A stretch of DNA of 64,000 nucleotides, taken from positions 27,720 through 91,719 of the forward strand of contig JAOARL010000033.1 of assembly GCA_025210555.1 (NCBI GenBank). The letters run 5' to 3'. The notes under the pieces were generated by a model. The model worked only from the letters and a program-made list of their open reading frames with translations. It was not told where the DNA came from and ran no database searches. The DNA comes from Clostridia bacterium (lineage in GTDB: Bacteria; Bacillota; Clostridia; Lachnospirales; JAOARL01). Of the stretch, positions 9,490 through 20,104 are shown one piece after another; position 1 is the first letter of the stretch, and each line of letters opens with the position of its first letter. Both the position numbers and the translations under genes were made by a program.

Positions 9490-9984
9490 TTATAATTCAA
9501 TTGTACCTTTACCTATAGTTTTTACAATTAATTTACCATCTTCAGCAAAAAGCTGAATTGTTCGTCCATAATCTTTTCCTGTATCTTCTGCTATAATCTT
9601 TATTCCTGCTTTTTTTAATGCTTCTTTAGAGGCTATTACATTCCTCTCTCCAACTTTCATTATATCACTGTCATTTGCAAAAGAAAACATCTGAGCTCCT
9701 CCTGCAAGCTTTGCTGTTATCCTTGATTTACTAGCTCCAAGTTCAATCATTTTGTCAATTAAAATTACTGTTGCTGTATCTGCGAATTTAAATTTATTAT
9801 CATTATTTTTAATTTGCGTGCTATCTGGAAGCATTATGTGAGCCATTCCTGCAACTTTTGTAAGCGGATCATATAAAGAAATACCTACACATGAACCTAA
9901 TCCTAAAGTTGTTATCATTCCCTCACCTTTTATTAAATTTAAATCTGCCATCCCTACTTTTACTACTTGTAGAGTATCCAGCAT
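9490..9984 (-). CDS. cheD: Chemoreceptor glutamine deamidase CheD
   Basis: TLGLGSCVG, AHIMLP, AKLAGGAQMF, GRTI. Confidence 0.95.
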   Translation of the reverse strand: MLDTLQVVKVGMADLNLIKGEGMITTLGLGSCVGISLYDPLTKVAGMAHIMLPDSTQIKNNDNKFKFADTATVILIDKMIELGASKSRITAKLAGGAQMFSFANDSDIMKVGERNVIASKEALKKAGIKIIAEDTGKDYGRTIQLFAEDGKLIVKTIGKGTIEL

Positions 9985-10586
9985 TAAGCTACTCCTAATG
10001 ACATAAGTAATGTCTTAAAAGAACCTATTTCAGGTATTAATATATAGTATCCAGATATACTGTCATCACCTTGATTAAACATTGTTTCTATAAATAGTAC
10101 TTTGTCTCCAACTTTTCCAAACTCTATTGCTGGAACTGATAAAATAGCTCCTGCCATGTCAACAGCTAAATGAGGTACAGAAGGTACTACACTTAAGTTT
10201 GTTAATGACGAAAGTGATGTTAAATATGAACCTGTTAAAATATTCCCAATCTCTTTCATAGCAGATGTTTCTATTTCTCCAAATTCTTCAACTTTCATAC
10301 CCATTAGAAGTTCTACTAATTTTTTTGATGATTCATGTTCTAAAACAAACATCATCATTCCCTTAATATCCCCTTCTAAACTCAATAAAATTCCTGTTAC
10401 AGTTTCTTCTTCTCCACCTATTAAAGTAGCTACATCTGAAAACTCTAATACTCTTACTTTTGGAACATCCATATCAATAGGTCTGTTGAGCATTTTAGAC
10501 AATGCCGTAGTGGCATTGCCTGCTCCTATATTTCCTACTTCTTTAAGTACGTCTATATGTACATCATTTAAACTATCTACATTCAT
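9984..10586 (-). CDS. cheC: CheY-P phosphatase CheC
   Basis: Two E(V/I)GN motifs, DMAGAILS; start moved to ATG 10586 by RBS. Confidence 0.93.
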   Translation of the reverse strand: MNVDSLNDVHIDVLKEVGNIGAGNATTALSKMLNRPIDMDVPKVRVLEFSDVATLIGGEEETVTGILLSLEGDIKGMMMFVLEHESSKKLVELLMGMKVEEFGEIETSAMKEIGNILTGSYLTSLSSLTNLSVVPSVPHLAVDMAGAILSVPAIEFGKVGDKVLFIETMFNQGDDSISGYYILIPEIGSFKTLLMSLGVA

Positions 10587-10587
10587 T

Positions 10588-11049
10588 CTACTCACCATCT
10601 TCTTCAAGATCAAATGAAGACTTAATCAATGTTTCTAAATTAAGTAAAGTTATAATTTCTTCGCCTACTTTTCCAACTCCTGAAATATATTCATCATCAA
10701 TCTCTGATTCTTTAATATCTTGTGCATTTTCTATTGAATCTGCATCTAAAGATAAAACTTCTTTAACTTCATCAACTATTAGACCTATAGGACTCTCTAA
10801 TATATCGATAATAATGATTCTTGTTTGATTGTCAAATTCCTTAATTTCAAATCCAAATCTGTTTCTTAAACTCATTACTGGAATTATTTCCCCTCTTAAG
10901 TTTATAACTCCATTAACGTACTCTGGTGCCTTTGGCACTCTTGCAAAACTCATAGTTTTTTCTATCGTCTTTATCTTTTGAATATCTATACCGTAGTTTT
11001 CACCACTTAGTCTAAATATAATAAATTGTTTAACTTCATTATTTGTCAT
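10588..11049 (-). CDS. cheW: Chemotaxis coupling protein CheW
   Basis: RVPKAPEYVNGVINLRGEIIPV. Confidence 0.95.
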   Translation of the reverse strand: MTNNEVKQFIIFRLSGENYGIDIQKIKTIEKTMSFARVPKAPEYVNGVINLRGEIIPVMSLRNRFGFEIKEFDNQTRIIIIDILESPIGLIVDEVKEVLSLDADSIENAQDIKESEIDDEYISGVGKVGEEIITLLNLETLIKSSFDLEEDGE

Positions 11050-11061
11050 TTTAATTTCCTC

Positions 11062-13083
11062 CTACTTAACAAGTGTATTTACATCTAGTATTAAAGCAAC
11101 TTCCCCGTCACCTAAGATTGTAGCTCCTGCTATCATCTTAATTTGACTTAAGTACTTTCCTAGTGATTTGATAACGATTTCTTGTTGTCCTATTAATGAA
11201 TCAACAATAAATCCTGCTTCTTTTTCACCTTTTTTAACTATAACAACTGTTACGTATTCATCTCTTGCTTCTTCTCTAGCAACATCTAAAATACCATCTA
11301 AGTGTACAATTGGAATAACTTTATCTCTAAGCAAGATAACTTCTTGTTTTTGTACATACTTAATTTCATCTAGTTTAATATCTTCAATTGTCTCTATTGT
11401 ATTAAGTGGAATAGCATATTGCTCATTTCCAAGCTTAACCATTAGAGATTGAATAATTGCTAAAGTAAGAGGTAATCTAATAATAAATTTACTTCCTTTT
11501 CCTTCAACCGTTCTTACTTCTATATGTCCACCTAAAGCTTCAATTTTACTCTTAACAACATCAAGTCCTACTCCTCTACCTGAAAGATCAGTAACTTGCT
11601 TTGCCATACTAAAGCTTGGTCTGAATAACAATTCAATAATATCATTATCTGACATATTATCAGCTATATCTTGAGTAACAACTCCTTTTTCAATAGCTTT
11701 TGCTTTAATTGTTTCAACATTTATTCCTGCACCATCATCTTCAACTTCAATAACAACGTTATTTCCATCTTGATATGCTCTTAAGAATATAGATGCTTTT
11801 TCATCTTTCCCTGCTGCTGCTCTTTCTTCTTTACTTTCAATTCCATGATCTGCAGCATTTCTTAATAAGTGAATTAATGGATCTCCAATCTCATCAATAA
11901 CTGTTCTATCAAGTTCTGTTTCTTCCCCTGACATATATAATTCAAAATTCTTATCTAATTTTCTAGCTAAGTCTCTTATTAATCTTGGGAATCTATTAAA
12001 TACTCTTTCAACTGGAACCATTCGAACCTTCATAACCGCATCATGCAGATTAGTTGTAATTCTTTCTAAGTATTCAATTGCTTCATTATAATTCTGTGCA
12101 CTCTTACTAGCTTTAGTAGCACCAATTCCTTCAAGTCTAGTTTTAATAATTATAAGCTCAGATACTAAGTTCATAAGATTATCTAATCTATTAATATCTA
12201 CTCTTACTGTTTTTCCAGCTTTTGGCTTAGATTTCTCTTCTTTTTTAACTTCCTCAACCTTTTGCTCTTCTTTTACTTCTCCAGTATTTTGAGCATTTAC
12301 TGTTTGCATTGCTGATAAACTATCTGCATCTACTTCATTAGCTTCAACAGATTCAACCTCTGAAACGTTTGAAATTTTTTCTTTAACTAAATCTTTTTCC
12401 TCTTTAGTAAGTAGAACAACTTTAAATTCAAAATCAAACTTTTCTTCTTCTATATCATCTGTCTTAGGCATAGTTTTTATAGTTTCACCTAAATCTTCTA
12501 ATGCCTTAAATACCAAAAATGCTCTAGCTGATTTTAATACACATTTTTCGCTTAACCTCACTGTTATCTCTAAAGCTTTCATATCTTCAGAAACAGCTTC
12601 TTTAATAGCTAATATTTCAGTTGCTGAGTATTCTATTTCACTTTCTACTACAGTTTCATTTGTAGACACTTCTTCTTTTGAATCCGTCGTATTATCTTCT
12701 TTACCTTCTAAAATATTATTTAATGCTTCTACTATTTCATCATATGCATTATCTCCTTCAGAACCTGAATTAGTAATTTTTTCAACATATGATTCTAGTG
12801 CGTCTAAGCACTTAAATAGTACATCTAACATCTTTGCACTAACACTAATATTCCCGTTTCTAATTTCTGATAATACATTTTCCATATCATGTGTTAACTT
12901 TTGCATCTTTGTGTAACCCATTGTTCCTGCCATACCCTTTAATGTATGTGCAACTCTAAATATTTCATTTAATATATCAGAGTTATTTGGATTTTTTTCA
13001 AGCTCCAATAAGCTTTCATTTAAATTTTGTAAATGATCATTTGATTCATCAATAAAAATTTCTAAATATTGATTCATATCCAT
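11062..13083 (-). CDS. cheA: Chemotaxis histidine kinase CheA
   Basis: FRVAHTLKG Hpt; HLLRNAADHG; SGRGVGLDVV; C-terminal CheW-like domain. Confidence 0.97.
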   Translation of the reverse strand: MDMNQYLEIFIDESNDHLQNLNESLLELEKNPNNSDILNEIFRVAHTLKGMAGTMGYTKMQKLTHDMENVLSEIRNGNISVSAKMLDVLFKCLDALESYVEKITNSGSEGDNAYDEIVEALNNILEGKEDNTTDSKEEVSTNETVVESEIEYSATEILAIKEAVSEDMKALEITVRLSEKCVLKSARAFLVFKALEDLGETIKTMPKTDDIEEEKFDFEFKVVLLTKEEKDLVKEKISNVSEVESVEANEVDADSLSAMQTVNAQNTGEVKEEQKVEEVKKEEKSKPKAGKTVRVDINRLDNLMNLVSELIIIKTRLEGIGATKASKSAQNYNEAIEYLERITTNLHDAVMKVRMVPVERVFNRFPRLIRDLARKLDKNFELYMSGEETELDRTVIDEIGDPLIHLLRNAADHGIESKEERAAAGKDEKASIFLRAYQDGNNVVIEVEDDGAGINVETIKAKAIEKGVVTQDIADNMSDNDIIELLFRPSFSMAKQVTDLSGRGVGLDVVKSKIEALGGHIEVRTVEGKGSKFIIRLPLTLAIIQSLMVKLGNEQYAIPLNTIETIEDIKLDEIKYVQKQEVILLRDKVIPIVHLDGILDVAREEARDEYVTVVIVKKGEKEAGFIVDSLIGQQEIVIKSLGKYLSQIKMIAGATILGDGEVALILDVNTLVK

Positions 13084-13085
13084 TT

Positions 13086-14129
13086 TTAAAGCACCCCCAC
13101 AATTGTTGTTATTGTTTCTGTCATTTGATCTAGAGGAACTACCTTGTCGATAATTCCAGCTTCGGCTGCTGCCCTTGGCATCCCATAAACAATACTTGTA
13201 TCTTTATCTTGCCCAATTATATAAGCATTGTTTTTTTCCTTTATCATTTTTAACCCCTTTGTTCCGTCTGAACCCATTCCAGTCATCACAACACCTACTA
13301 TATCTTGTGTGTTAATTTTTGAAATTGATTCATACATGATATCTGCCGCTGGTCTTAAGCCTGTAATTGGTGGTTTCTTGTTTAATACAATTTTATAGTC
13401 TGTACCAAACTTTTCAACCTCCATGTGATAACCTCCAGGTGCTATATAAACAACACCTTTGGTAATAACATCGCCTTCTTCTGCCTCTTTTACTTTTATT
13501 TCACTAAGTGCATCTAACCTTTCAGCTAAAGACTTAGTAAATCCAGCTGGCATATGTTGAACTATCAAAAACGCCGCTGGTATATCAGGGTCTAACTTAG
13601 GAATAACTTCTTGTAAACTCCTAGGTCCTCCCGTAGATATCGCTATTGCTACTATTTTCTTGAGTCTTTCTTTTTTATTAAAATTATGTTCATTATGAAC
13701 TATATTATATTTTTTAATTTTAGTTAAATCGGTTTTTGCTGCAATTCTTATTTTTGATTCTAATATTTCCTTAAATTCACCTGCACCTAATTCAAATACC
13801 TTTTCAGGTTTAGCGATAAAATCAACAGCTCCAGCTTCTAAAGCTTTTATAGTTGTATCTTCGCCTTCCTTTGTATAAGCACTAACAATTATAACTGGTT
13901 TAGGACTCCGCTTCATTATCTCCTTTATCATACCAATACCATCTAGCTTTGGCATAACTTGATCAGATAATACTACATCTGGATTATACTTTTTTATATA
14001 CTCTAATCCTTCCATACCATCTTTAGCAATGTCGCAAACTTCAAAGCCTTCAATTGATGAAACTACACCTCTCATCAACTTTGCCATAAATAGAGAATCT
14101 TCTACTATTAAAATTTTTATCTTTTTCAT
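13086..14129 (-). CDS. cheB: Chemotaxis methylesterase CheB
   Basis: Receiver domain plus STGGP, VQHMP, TGMGSDG, YGMP. Confidence 0.96.
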   Translation of the reverse strand: MKKIKILIVEDSLFMAKLMRGVVSSIEGFEVCDIAKDGMEGLEYIKKYNPDVVLSDQVMPKLDGIGMIKEIMKRSPKPVIIVSAYTKEGEDTTIKALEAGAVDFIAKPEKVFELGAGEFKEILESKIRIAAKTDLTKIKKYNIVHNEHNFNKKERLKKIVAIAISTGGPRSLQEVIPKLDPDIPAAFLIVQHMPAGFTKSLAERLDALSEIKVKEAEEGDVITKGVVYIAPGGYHMEVEKFGTDYKIVLNKKPPITGLRPAADIMYESISKINTQDIVGVVMTGMGSDGTKGLKMIKEKNNAYIIGQDKDTSIVYGMPRAAAEAGIIDKVVPLDQMTETITTIVGVL

Positions 14130-14144
14130 TTTACCGCCCTTCTT

Positions 14145-15131
14145 CTAGTTAGACATCTTAAATATAAATTTCTTTATGAACGACGCTATTCCAGTATATG
14201 ACTTGTCTTCATCTTCTTTAACAAAATGCTTAGATATTTCAGCTACTGCTTTTGAAGAAGAACTTTTAGGATAAGCAATTGAAACCGGTTGTTGCATTTT
14301 AACTGCTTTTTGTAACATTTCATCATGTGGAATGTAACCTATAACTTCTAAATCAAGTTCCAAAAATTTTTCTGAAACATTCTTTAACTTATCAGCTATT
14401 TCTTCTCCCTCTTCTTTATTTCTAATATTATTAACAACCAATTTCAGGTCATTTCTAATCGGTTTTATCTCTTCTTGATCAGTTTTTTCATCCTCTGATT
14501 TTTCTCCATCTTTTACCTTATCTGTGTCATCTTCGTTTTTATTTTTTTCTTTTTTTACTTCTTCATCATGCTTGCTTTTAAGTATTTTTATAAGCGCATA
14601 TGCATCAGTAACAGATGTTGGATCTGGTGTTGCTATAAGAACAACTTCGTCTGCAGTTTTAACAAAAGTTAGGACTGTGTCTGAAACACCCGCTCCTGTA
14701 TCTATAAGTATTACATCAGCCATCTTATCAAGTAAACTTAAATTTTGTATAAAATAATTTAATTGTTTTTCATTAAGTCTAGTAAGTTCTTGTATACCAG
14801 ACCCTCCTGAAATGAACTTGATTCCATTTGGACCATCTATAAGTATATCGGTAATTATCTTACTACCATTAATAACATCTAGCAAAGTATATTTAGGTAC
14901 TATTCCAAATAACACTTCTATATTTGCAAGACCAAAATCTGCATCAAGTATTACAACTTTTTTTCCCTCATTTGCTAGTTGCACGGCTAAGTTAATAGTA
15001 AAGTTAGTTTTTCCAACCCCACCCTTTCCACTAGTTACTGTTATAACTTGTGCATTAGGTCTAACTATTTTTTTCTCTTCTTTTTTCACTACTTTTTTAA
15101 CTATTTTTCTTAGCTTAGTTGCTTGATCCAT
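14145..15131 (-). CDS. flhG: MinD-like ATPase FlhG
   Basis: MDQA start, SGKGGVGKT, DADFGLAN, DTGAG; follows flhF. Confidence 0.93.
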   Translation of the reverse strand: MDQATKLRKIVKKVVKKEEKKIVRPNAQVITVTSGKGGVGKTNFTINLAVQLANEGKKVVILDADFGLANIEVLFGIVPKYTLLDVINGSKIITDILIDGPNGIKFISGGSGIQELTRLNEKQLNYFIQNLSLLDKMADVILIDTGAGVSDTVLTFVKTADEVVLIATPDPTSVTDAYALIKILKSKHDEEVKKEKNKNEDDTDKVKDGEKSEDEKTDQEEIKPIRNDLKLVVNNIRNKEEGEEIADKLKNVSEKFLELDLEVIGYIPHDEMLQKAVKMQQPVSIAYPKSSSSKAVAEISKHFVKEDEDKSYTGIASFIKKFIFKMSN

Positions 15132-16417
15132 TATTTATCAAAGCTCCCTAATAATAACTTTGCAATTTTTTCGGGTTGAATAACTTCGATGTCGTCTGGA
15201 ACGTTTTGTCCAAATGTTATATAAGATAATTTCTTACTTGTTAAATATCTAATATTTAATATACTTCCAAGTGTTAATGTTTCATCTTGTTTCGTGAATA
15301 TTATTTTGTAATCCCCTAATTCTGAATATGTCTCAACTATATTTACCATATCTCTATACTTAGTTGCTAAGCTTAATACTAAATATATATCTTTGTTATC
15401 AATCTTAGCTAATAAATCTTTAAGCTCATCAAATCTTTTTTCGTTTTTATGAGATCTTCCTGCTGTATCTATAAATACACTGTCATAAGCTTTAAATAAA
15501 TCAAACTTTTCATCAAACTCATTTGTTGAATATAAAACCTCAACACTTATTCCAAGTATTTCAGCATATGTCTTAAGTTGCTCAACAGCAGCTATTCTAT
15601 ATGTATCAGCTGTCATTAATCCAATCTTTTTCTTTTCATTTAGTGTGAAAAGAGCTGTTACTTTAGCTATTGTAGTTGTTTTACCTACCCCTGTAGGCCC
15701 TATAAATACTATTGTCTTAGGAAACTCTTGCCCTTCTTCTCTATCAATATTTATAGGTGTTGGTTTCCCAATAAAGCTTATTATTCTATCGTAAACTATA
15801 CTTACTAATTGATTTATACTCGTACCTTCGTTAACAACCTTATCATCTAAACCATCAAGTAACTTTTCAGCTATTTCTGGAAGAACTTCATTATTAACTA
15901 AATTATCATAGAACAATTGTAATATTGTGCTCTTATATTTTCTCTTAGTTTCAGTCTCAATTAATTGCTGAGAAGTTGTTATTTGTCCCATTACTTTTGT
16001 AAGTAACCCTTCTAAGTTATCAAGTTTACTCTCTAAACTTTTTATAACTTTATCTTTTTCCTCAACTGTATTTTTAACATCCATAACTTCTGTATTACAT
16101 GCCTCTAGTTTTTCTTCTGCTTTTTTAGGTTCTTCTTTCACCTCTGAAAGCTTTTCTTCCACTTTAGGCTCTTCTTTAACTACTGTGGGAACCACTTTAG
16201 GTTCCTCTACTTTTTTAATCTCTTGAACTGGCTCTTTTTTAATTGCTTTCTTAACCGCTGTTAATTCCACTTCTGGTTTTTTGAAAAATTTCATAATACC
16301 ATCTGGTTTAATTTTTCTAATAGTTAATATGTATGCATCTTCACCTAATTCATTTTTTGCTTTAGTCATTACTTCGTGTTCTGTCTTACCACGATACGTA
16401 TATGTTTTAATTTTCAT
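15131..16417 (-). CDS. flhF: SRP-type GTPase FlhF
   Basis: GPTGVGKTTTIAK, DTYRIAAVEQL, DTAGRS, GQNVPDDI. Confidence 0.95.
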   Translation of the reverse strand: MKIKTYTYRGKTEHEVMTKAKNELGEDAYILTIRKIKPDGIMKFFKKPEVELTAVKKAIKKEPVQEIKKVEEPKVVPTVVKEEPKVEEKLSEVKEEPKKAEEKLEACNTEVMDVKNTVEEKDKVIKSLESKLDNLEGLLTKVMGQITTSQQLIETETKRKYKSTILQLFYDNLVNNEVLPEIAEKLLDGLDDKVVNEGTSINQLVSIVYDRIISFIGKPTPINIDREEGQEFPKTIVFIGPTGVGKTTTIAKVTALFTLNEKKKIGLMTADTYRIAAVEQLKTYAEILGISVEVLYSTNEFDEKFDLFKAYDSVFIDTAGRSHKNEKRFDELKDLLAKIDNKDIYLVLSLATKYRDMVNIVETYSELGDYKIIFTKQDETLTLGSILNIRYLTSKKLSYITFGQNVPDDIEVIQPEKIAKLLLGSFDK

Positions 16418-18443
16418 CTATACTCACCATCCCAATTGATTGTATTTCTATCGAAGGTTCTACTTCGCTATATGATAAAACAACTAAATTCTTATAATAT
16501 GCTTCTGTCATCTTTTTAAAATGAGTTCTAACAACAGGACTCGCTAATATTATTGGATTCTTTCCATACGCTAAAAACTTTGCTGTTTCTCTTCCAACGC
16601 TCTCAAGCATTTTTTGGACTATATTTTGATCTATTGCTACATATGTTCCATGCTCTGTGCTTTGAATATTTTTAAATATAAGCTGCTCTAAATTAGCATC
16701 TATCGTTACTACTTTATTTACTCCGTCTTCAAAATACTTACGAGATATTGGTCTTGAAAGACCTTGTCTTACATACTCTGTAAGCATATCTGGATCTTTC
16801 GTTATTGTTGCATAATCAGCAAGTGTTTCAAATACTGTTATTAAATCCCTTATTGATATTCCTTCATTTAAAAGATTAGCAAGCACTTTTTGTATTTCTC
16901 CTAAATTCATGAGTTTTGGAACAAGTTCCTCAATAAGTGCTGGTGCTGACTCTTTAACTTTATTAACAAGTAATTGTATATCTTGTCTTGTTAAAAGTTC
17001 TCCTAAATGGTTTTTTATTACTTCTGTTAGGTGTGTAGCCATAAGTGATGGTGCATCTACAACCATATATCCTTTTGCCTCTGCCTCTTCCCTTTGATCT
17101 TCTGTTATCCAAAGTGCTGGAAGATTAAATGCTGGCTCAACTGTTTCAATTCCTGAAATTTCCGAATCAACAAATCCCTGATTTATTGCTAAATAATGCC
17201 CATGCATTATAGTTCCTTTTGCAACATCAGTTCCCTTAATTTTAACTATATACTCATTTGGACCAAGTTGTATATTATCTCTAAGTCTTACTATTGGAAC
17301 AACTGCCCCAAGTTCTGTTGCTATTTGTCTTCTTATCATTACTACTCTATCAAGTAAATCTCCACCTTGTTTAATATCTGCAAGTGGTATGATACCATAT
17401 CCAAATTCTAATTCTATTTGATCTACTTGTAGAAGTTCCATTACATTTTCTGGTTTTCTTATTTCTTCTACATCTTCGTCTTCTTCTGTTATTTCAGATT
17501 CAATTTCTTCAATTTTTTCTTTTCTATCTATTGAACTACCTATATACATAAGTATAGCTCCAAATGTTGCAAGTACGAAGAATGGAAGCGGTGTAAATAT
17601 TCCTAGGAATATAAGTACTCCTCCTGCCATATATAAAACTTTTGAAAGTCTAAATAACTGACCTCCTAAGTTAACACTCATATCTCCTCTTTGACTTCCT
17701 TTAGTAACTATAATTGCTGTCGCCACTGATATAAGAAATGCTGGTATCTGACTTACAAGTCCATCTCCAATAGTAAGTTTAGTATAGAGCTCTGCTGCTT
17801 CTCCTATACCCTTACCTTGCATTGTACCAACAATGATACCACCTATTATATTTACAAAAGTTATAAGTATCCCTATTATGGCATCTCCTTTAACGAACTT
17901 TGTTGCCCCGTCCATTGATCCATAAAAGCTTGCTTCATCTTGAATTTTTTGTCTTCTTTCTTTAGCTTGCGTTTCATCTATAAGTCCTGAATTAAGATCT
18001 GCATCAATAGCCATCTGTTTACCAGGCATTGCATCAAGTGTGAATCTTGCTGATACCTCAGCAACCCTTTCAGCACCTTTTGTAATTACTATAAACTGTA
18101 CTAATACAATTATTATAAATAATATTATCCCTACTACCAGATTACCACTGGTAACGAAACTACTAAATACTTCTATTATTTTTCCTGCATTACCGGACCC
18201 AATAATAAGTCTTGTAGATGATACATTCAGCGATACTCTATAAAGAGTTGTAAGCACCAGCAAAGCTGGAAAAAGCGACATATCAAGTGGTTCTTGTGCA
18301 AACAGTGCACCAAAAAGTATAAGCAGCGCTGCCGATATACTTATTGTAAGTAATATATCTAAAACTCCTGTTGGCATAGGTATAATAAATATTATAACTG
18401 CCGATACAAAAGCAATACCTAAAACAATATCACCAATCTTCAT
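16407..18443 (-). CDS. flhA: Flagellar export gate FlhA
   Basis: RVAEVSARFTLDAMPGKQMAIDADL, FYGSMDGA. Confidence 0.97.
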   Translation of the reverse strand: MKIGDIVLGIAFVSAVIIFIIPMPTGVLDILLTISISAALLILFGALFAQEPLDMSLFPALLVLTTLYRVSLNVSSTRLIIGSGNAGKIIEVFSSFVTSGNLVVGIILFIIIVLVQFIVITKGAERVAEVSARFTLDAMPGKQMAIDADLNSGLIDETQAKERRQKIQDEASFYGSMDGATKFVKGDAIIGILITFVNIIGGIIVGTMQGKGIGEAAELYTKLTIGDGLVSQIPAFLISVATAIIVTKGSQRGDMSVNLGGQLFRLSKVLYMAGGVLIFLGIFTPLPFFVLATFGAILMYIGSSIDRKEKIEEIESEITEEDEDVEEIRKPENVMELLQVDQIELEFGYGIIPLADIKQGGDLLDRVVMIRRQIATELGAVVPIVRLRDNIQLGPNEYIVKIKGTDVAKGTIMHGHYLAINQGFVDSEISGIETVEPAFNLPALWITEDQREEAEAKGYMVVDAPSLMATHLTEVIKNHLGELLTRQDIQLLVNKVKESAPALIEELVPKLMNLGEIQKVLANLLNEGISIRDLITVFETLADYATITKDPDMLTEYVRQGLSRPISRKYFEDGVNKVVTIDANLEQLIFKNIQSTEHGTYVAIDQNIVQKMLESVGRETAKFLAYGKNPIILASPVVRTHFKKMTEAYYKNLVVLSYSEVEPSIEIQSIGMVSIDEN

Positions 18444-18480
18444 TTTGGCCCCCTTATTTATAGTCTTTCCATCATATTAA

Positions 18481-18509
18481 ATTATACATTACTTCGTTAT
18501 ATTTTTAAA
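18481..18509 (-). promoter_or_regulatory. Putative sigmaA promoter for flhA onward
   Basis: TTTAAA-N17-TATAAT about 40 bp upstream of flhA ATG. Confidence 0.45.
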
Positions 18510-18624
18510 CATATTTTCACCTTTTTTTGCTAATATTACAAAGTTTAAATTTTCTAATAATAATCACTATATTTTTTTGTCTTTTTAGTAACAATTCCAA
18601 CTCTTTTCTTATTATTTTATCCAA

Positions 18625-18675
18625 AACAAAAAAGAAGAAACCTTCATTCTTATATTAAAGTTGAAAGTTCTTCTT
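18625..18675 (-). terminator. Putative intrinsic terminator after the inserted gene pair
   Basis: AAGAAGAACTTTCA...TGAAGGTTTCTTCTT imperfect stem followed by T-run. Confidence 0.55.
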
Positions 18676-18679
18676 AAAA

Positions 18680-19375
18680 TTACAGATTAATTTTTTTATA
18701 TTCTTGATAAATTTTATTTTTATTCATCAAATGCCCGCATACTATCAATATATAGCTTCCCATTATATAAACATAATTTATCACATCTAAAATTTTATAA
18801 TTACCACCAATTCTTATATATCTTTGTAAAAAACTAAGTACATAAACAATTATTAATATAGCTATAAACTCTTTAATCATTCTAATTGAAATCTCTTTAT
18901 ATTTATTTTCTACTATTTTTTTATTAATTTCTAATGCTTTTTTATACGTAACACTTTTTTCCATAATTATATATAGTACAAAACATCTATATCTAACATT
19001 ATGCAAAATCATCAATATCCCAAATATAAAAAAGCCTATAAATGAAGCTATTAAAGGATTTTTAACATTTAAGATAATTAACGCAACTAATGGAGACGCT
19101 ATGACATAAGTTATGCTAAAAGCAACTGCAACTACAAAAAAAGATATTATTTGATCAATTCCAAACATAAAAAGAACTTTAAATTTATCTCTTATATTAC
19201 TATCTTCATTTCCTATTATTTTAAACAACAAATATATTGGTAATATCACCATTGTTACCATATTAGTAATAGGTATTAATTTTGAATTATTTCTCATAAA
19301 ACTTTGCGCAATTGCAACTAAAACTATTACTAAAAACGCACTCATTACTCCCTTTTTCACCTTACTCATTTCCAT
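18680..19375 (-). CDS. Polytopic membrane protein (DUF975/GPDPase membrane-domain-like)
   Basis: About 6 hydrophobic segments; FVLYIIMEKSVTYKKALEINKKIV amphipathic motif; very AT-rich. Confidence 0.65.
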   Translation of the reverse strand: MEMSKVKKGVMSAFLVIVLVAIAQSFMRNNSKLIPITNMVTMVILPIYLLFKIIGNEDSNIRDKFKVLFMFGIDQIISFFVVAVAFSITYVIASPLVALIILNVKNPLIASFIGFFIFGILMILHNVRYRCFVLYIIMEKSVTYKKALEINKKIVENKYKEISIRMIKEFIAILIIVYVLSFLQRYIRIGGNYKILDVINYVYIMGSYILIVCGHLMNKNKIYQEYKKINL

Positions 19376-19393
19376 ACCATTTTCTCTCCTATT

Positions 19394-20074
19394 CTAACTA
19401 CTAATTTCAAAATTAGATTCTTCTAAAGATTCCCTCGAACCCTGCATTTCTTCAAAATGTATATCAGATGTTAATCCTGCATTTTCAACATCTTTATAAA
19501 ACCAATATTTATGATTTTTAACGCTCTCTACTACTTCTAAAAATCCAGCTTCAATCCCCTTATCCATTATATTTTTAGCATCTTCAACATTTTGCTCAGT
19601 TATCCCTTTAGAAGGATCAACTTTAACCAAATGACTAGCTATATATTCTTCACCTATCATATTTGTCCAATCATCTAATGCAACAAAACTTTTAACTTTT
19701 ATATTTGATAAAATATCTACACATTCTATTCCTCTATTTTCTTCTATATCTTCTCTAATGTTTTTAGTAAACCCATTAACTGGAATACCATAAAACTCTA
19801 AAATATTTAATAAATCAACTTCTTCTTGCCCTTTAAATCTCCATGTAGAGATTTCAATAACTAAGGTATTACTCTTATAAGAAACAATCTCTGCTAGTCG
19901 GTTTAAAGTGTCATAACAAATTCTTTTTGCTAATTCCGATTTAACTTCTGGAAAACCTTCCTGATTCATTATAGCTCTTATTGTTTCCTCAGGATGCAAT
20001 TCTGCATCATCTTTAACTAATGGTCCATCTACATCAAACAAAACTACATTGTATCCTTCATCATTAGTAAACAT
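19394..20074 (-). CDS. HAD-superfamily phosphatase, Swiss-army-knife RNA-repair type (HAD_SAK_2-like)
   Basis: VLFDVDGPL (motif I), ISTWR (II), NRGIE, FVALDD (IV), HLVKVDPSKGIT; ATG 20074 after GAGGTG. Confidence 0.75.
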   Translation of the reverse strand: MFTNDEGYNVVLFDVDGPLVKDDAELHPEETIRAIMNQEGFPEVKSELAKRICYDTLNRLAEIVSYKSNTLVIEISTWRFKGQEEVDLLNILEFYGIPVNGFTKNIREDIEENRGIECVDILSNIKVKSFVALDDWTNMIGEEYIASHLVKVDPSKGITEQNVEDAKNIMDKGIEAGFLEVVESVKNHKYWFYKDVENAGLTSDIHFEEMQGSRESLEESNFEISS

Positions 20075-20104
20075 AGTACTCACCTCTTAATTAATTATAT
20101 CACA

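Noticed and set aside
18444-20104. Inserted pair as an IS element or prophage remnant
   Set aside because: No transposase or integrase, terminal inverted repeats or target duplication visible
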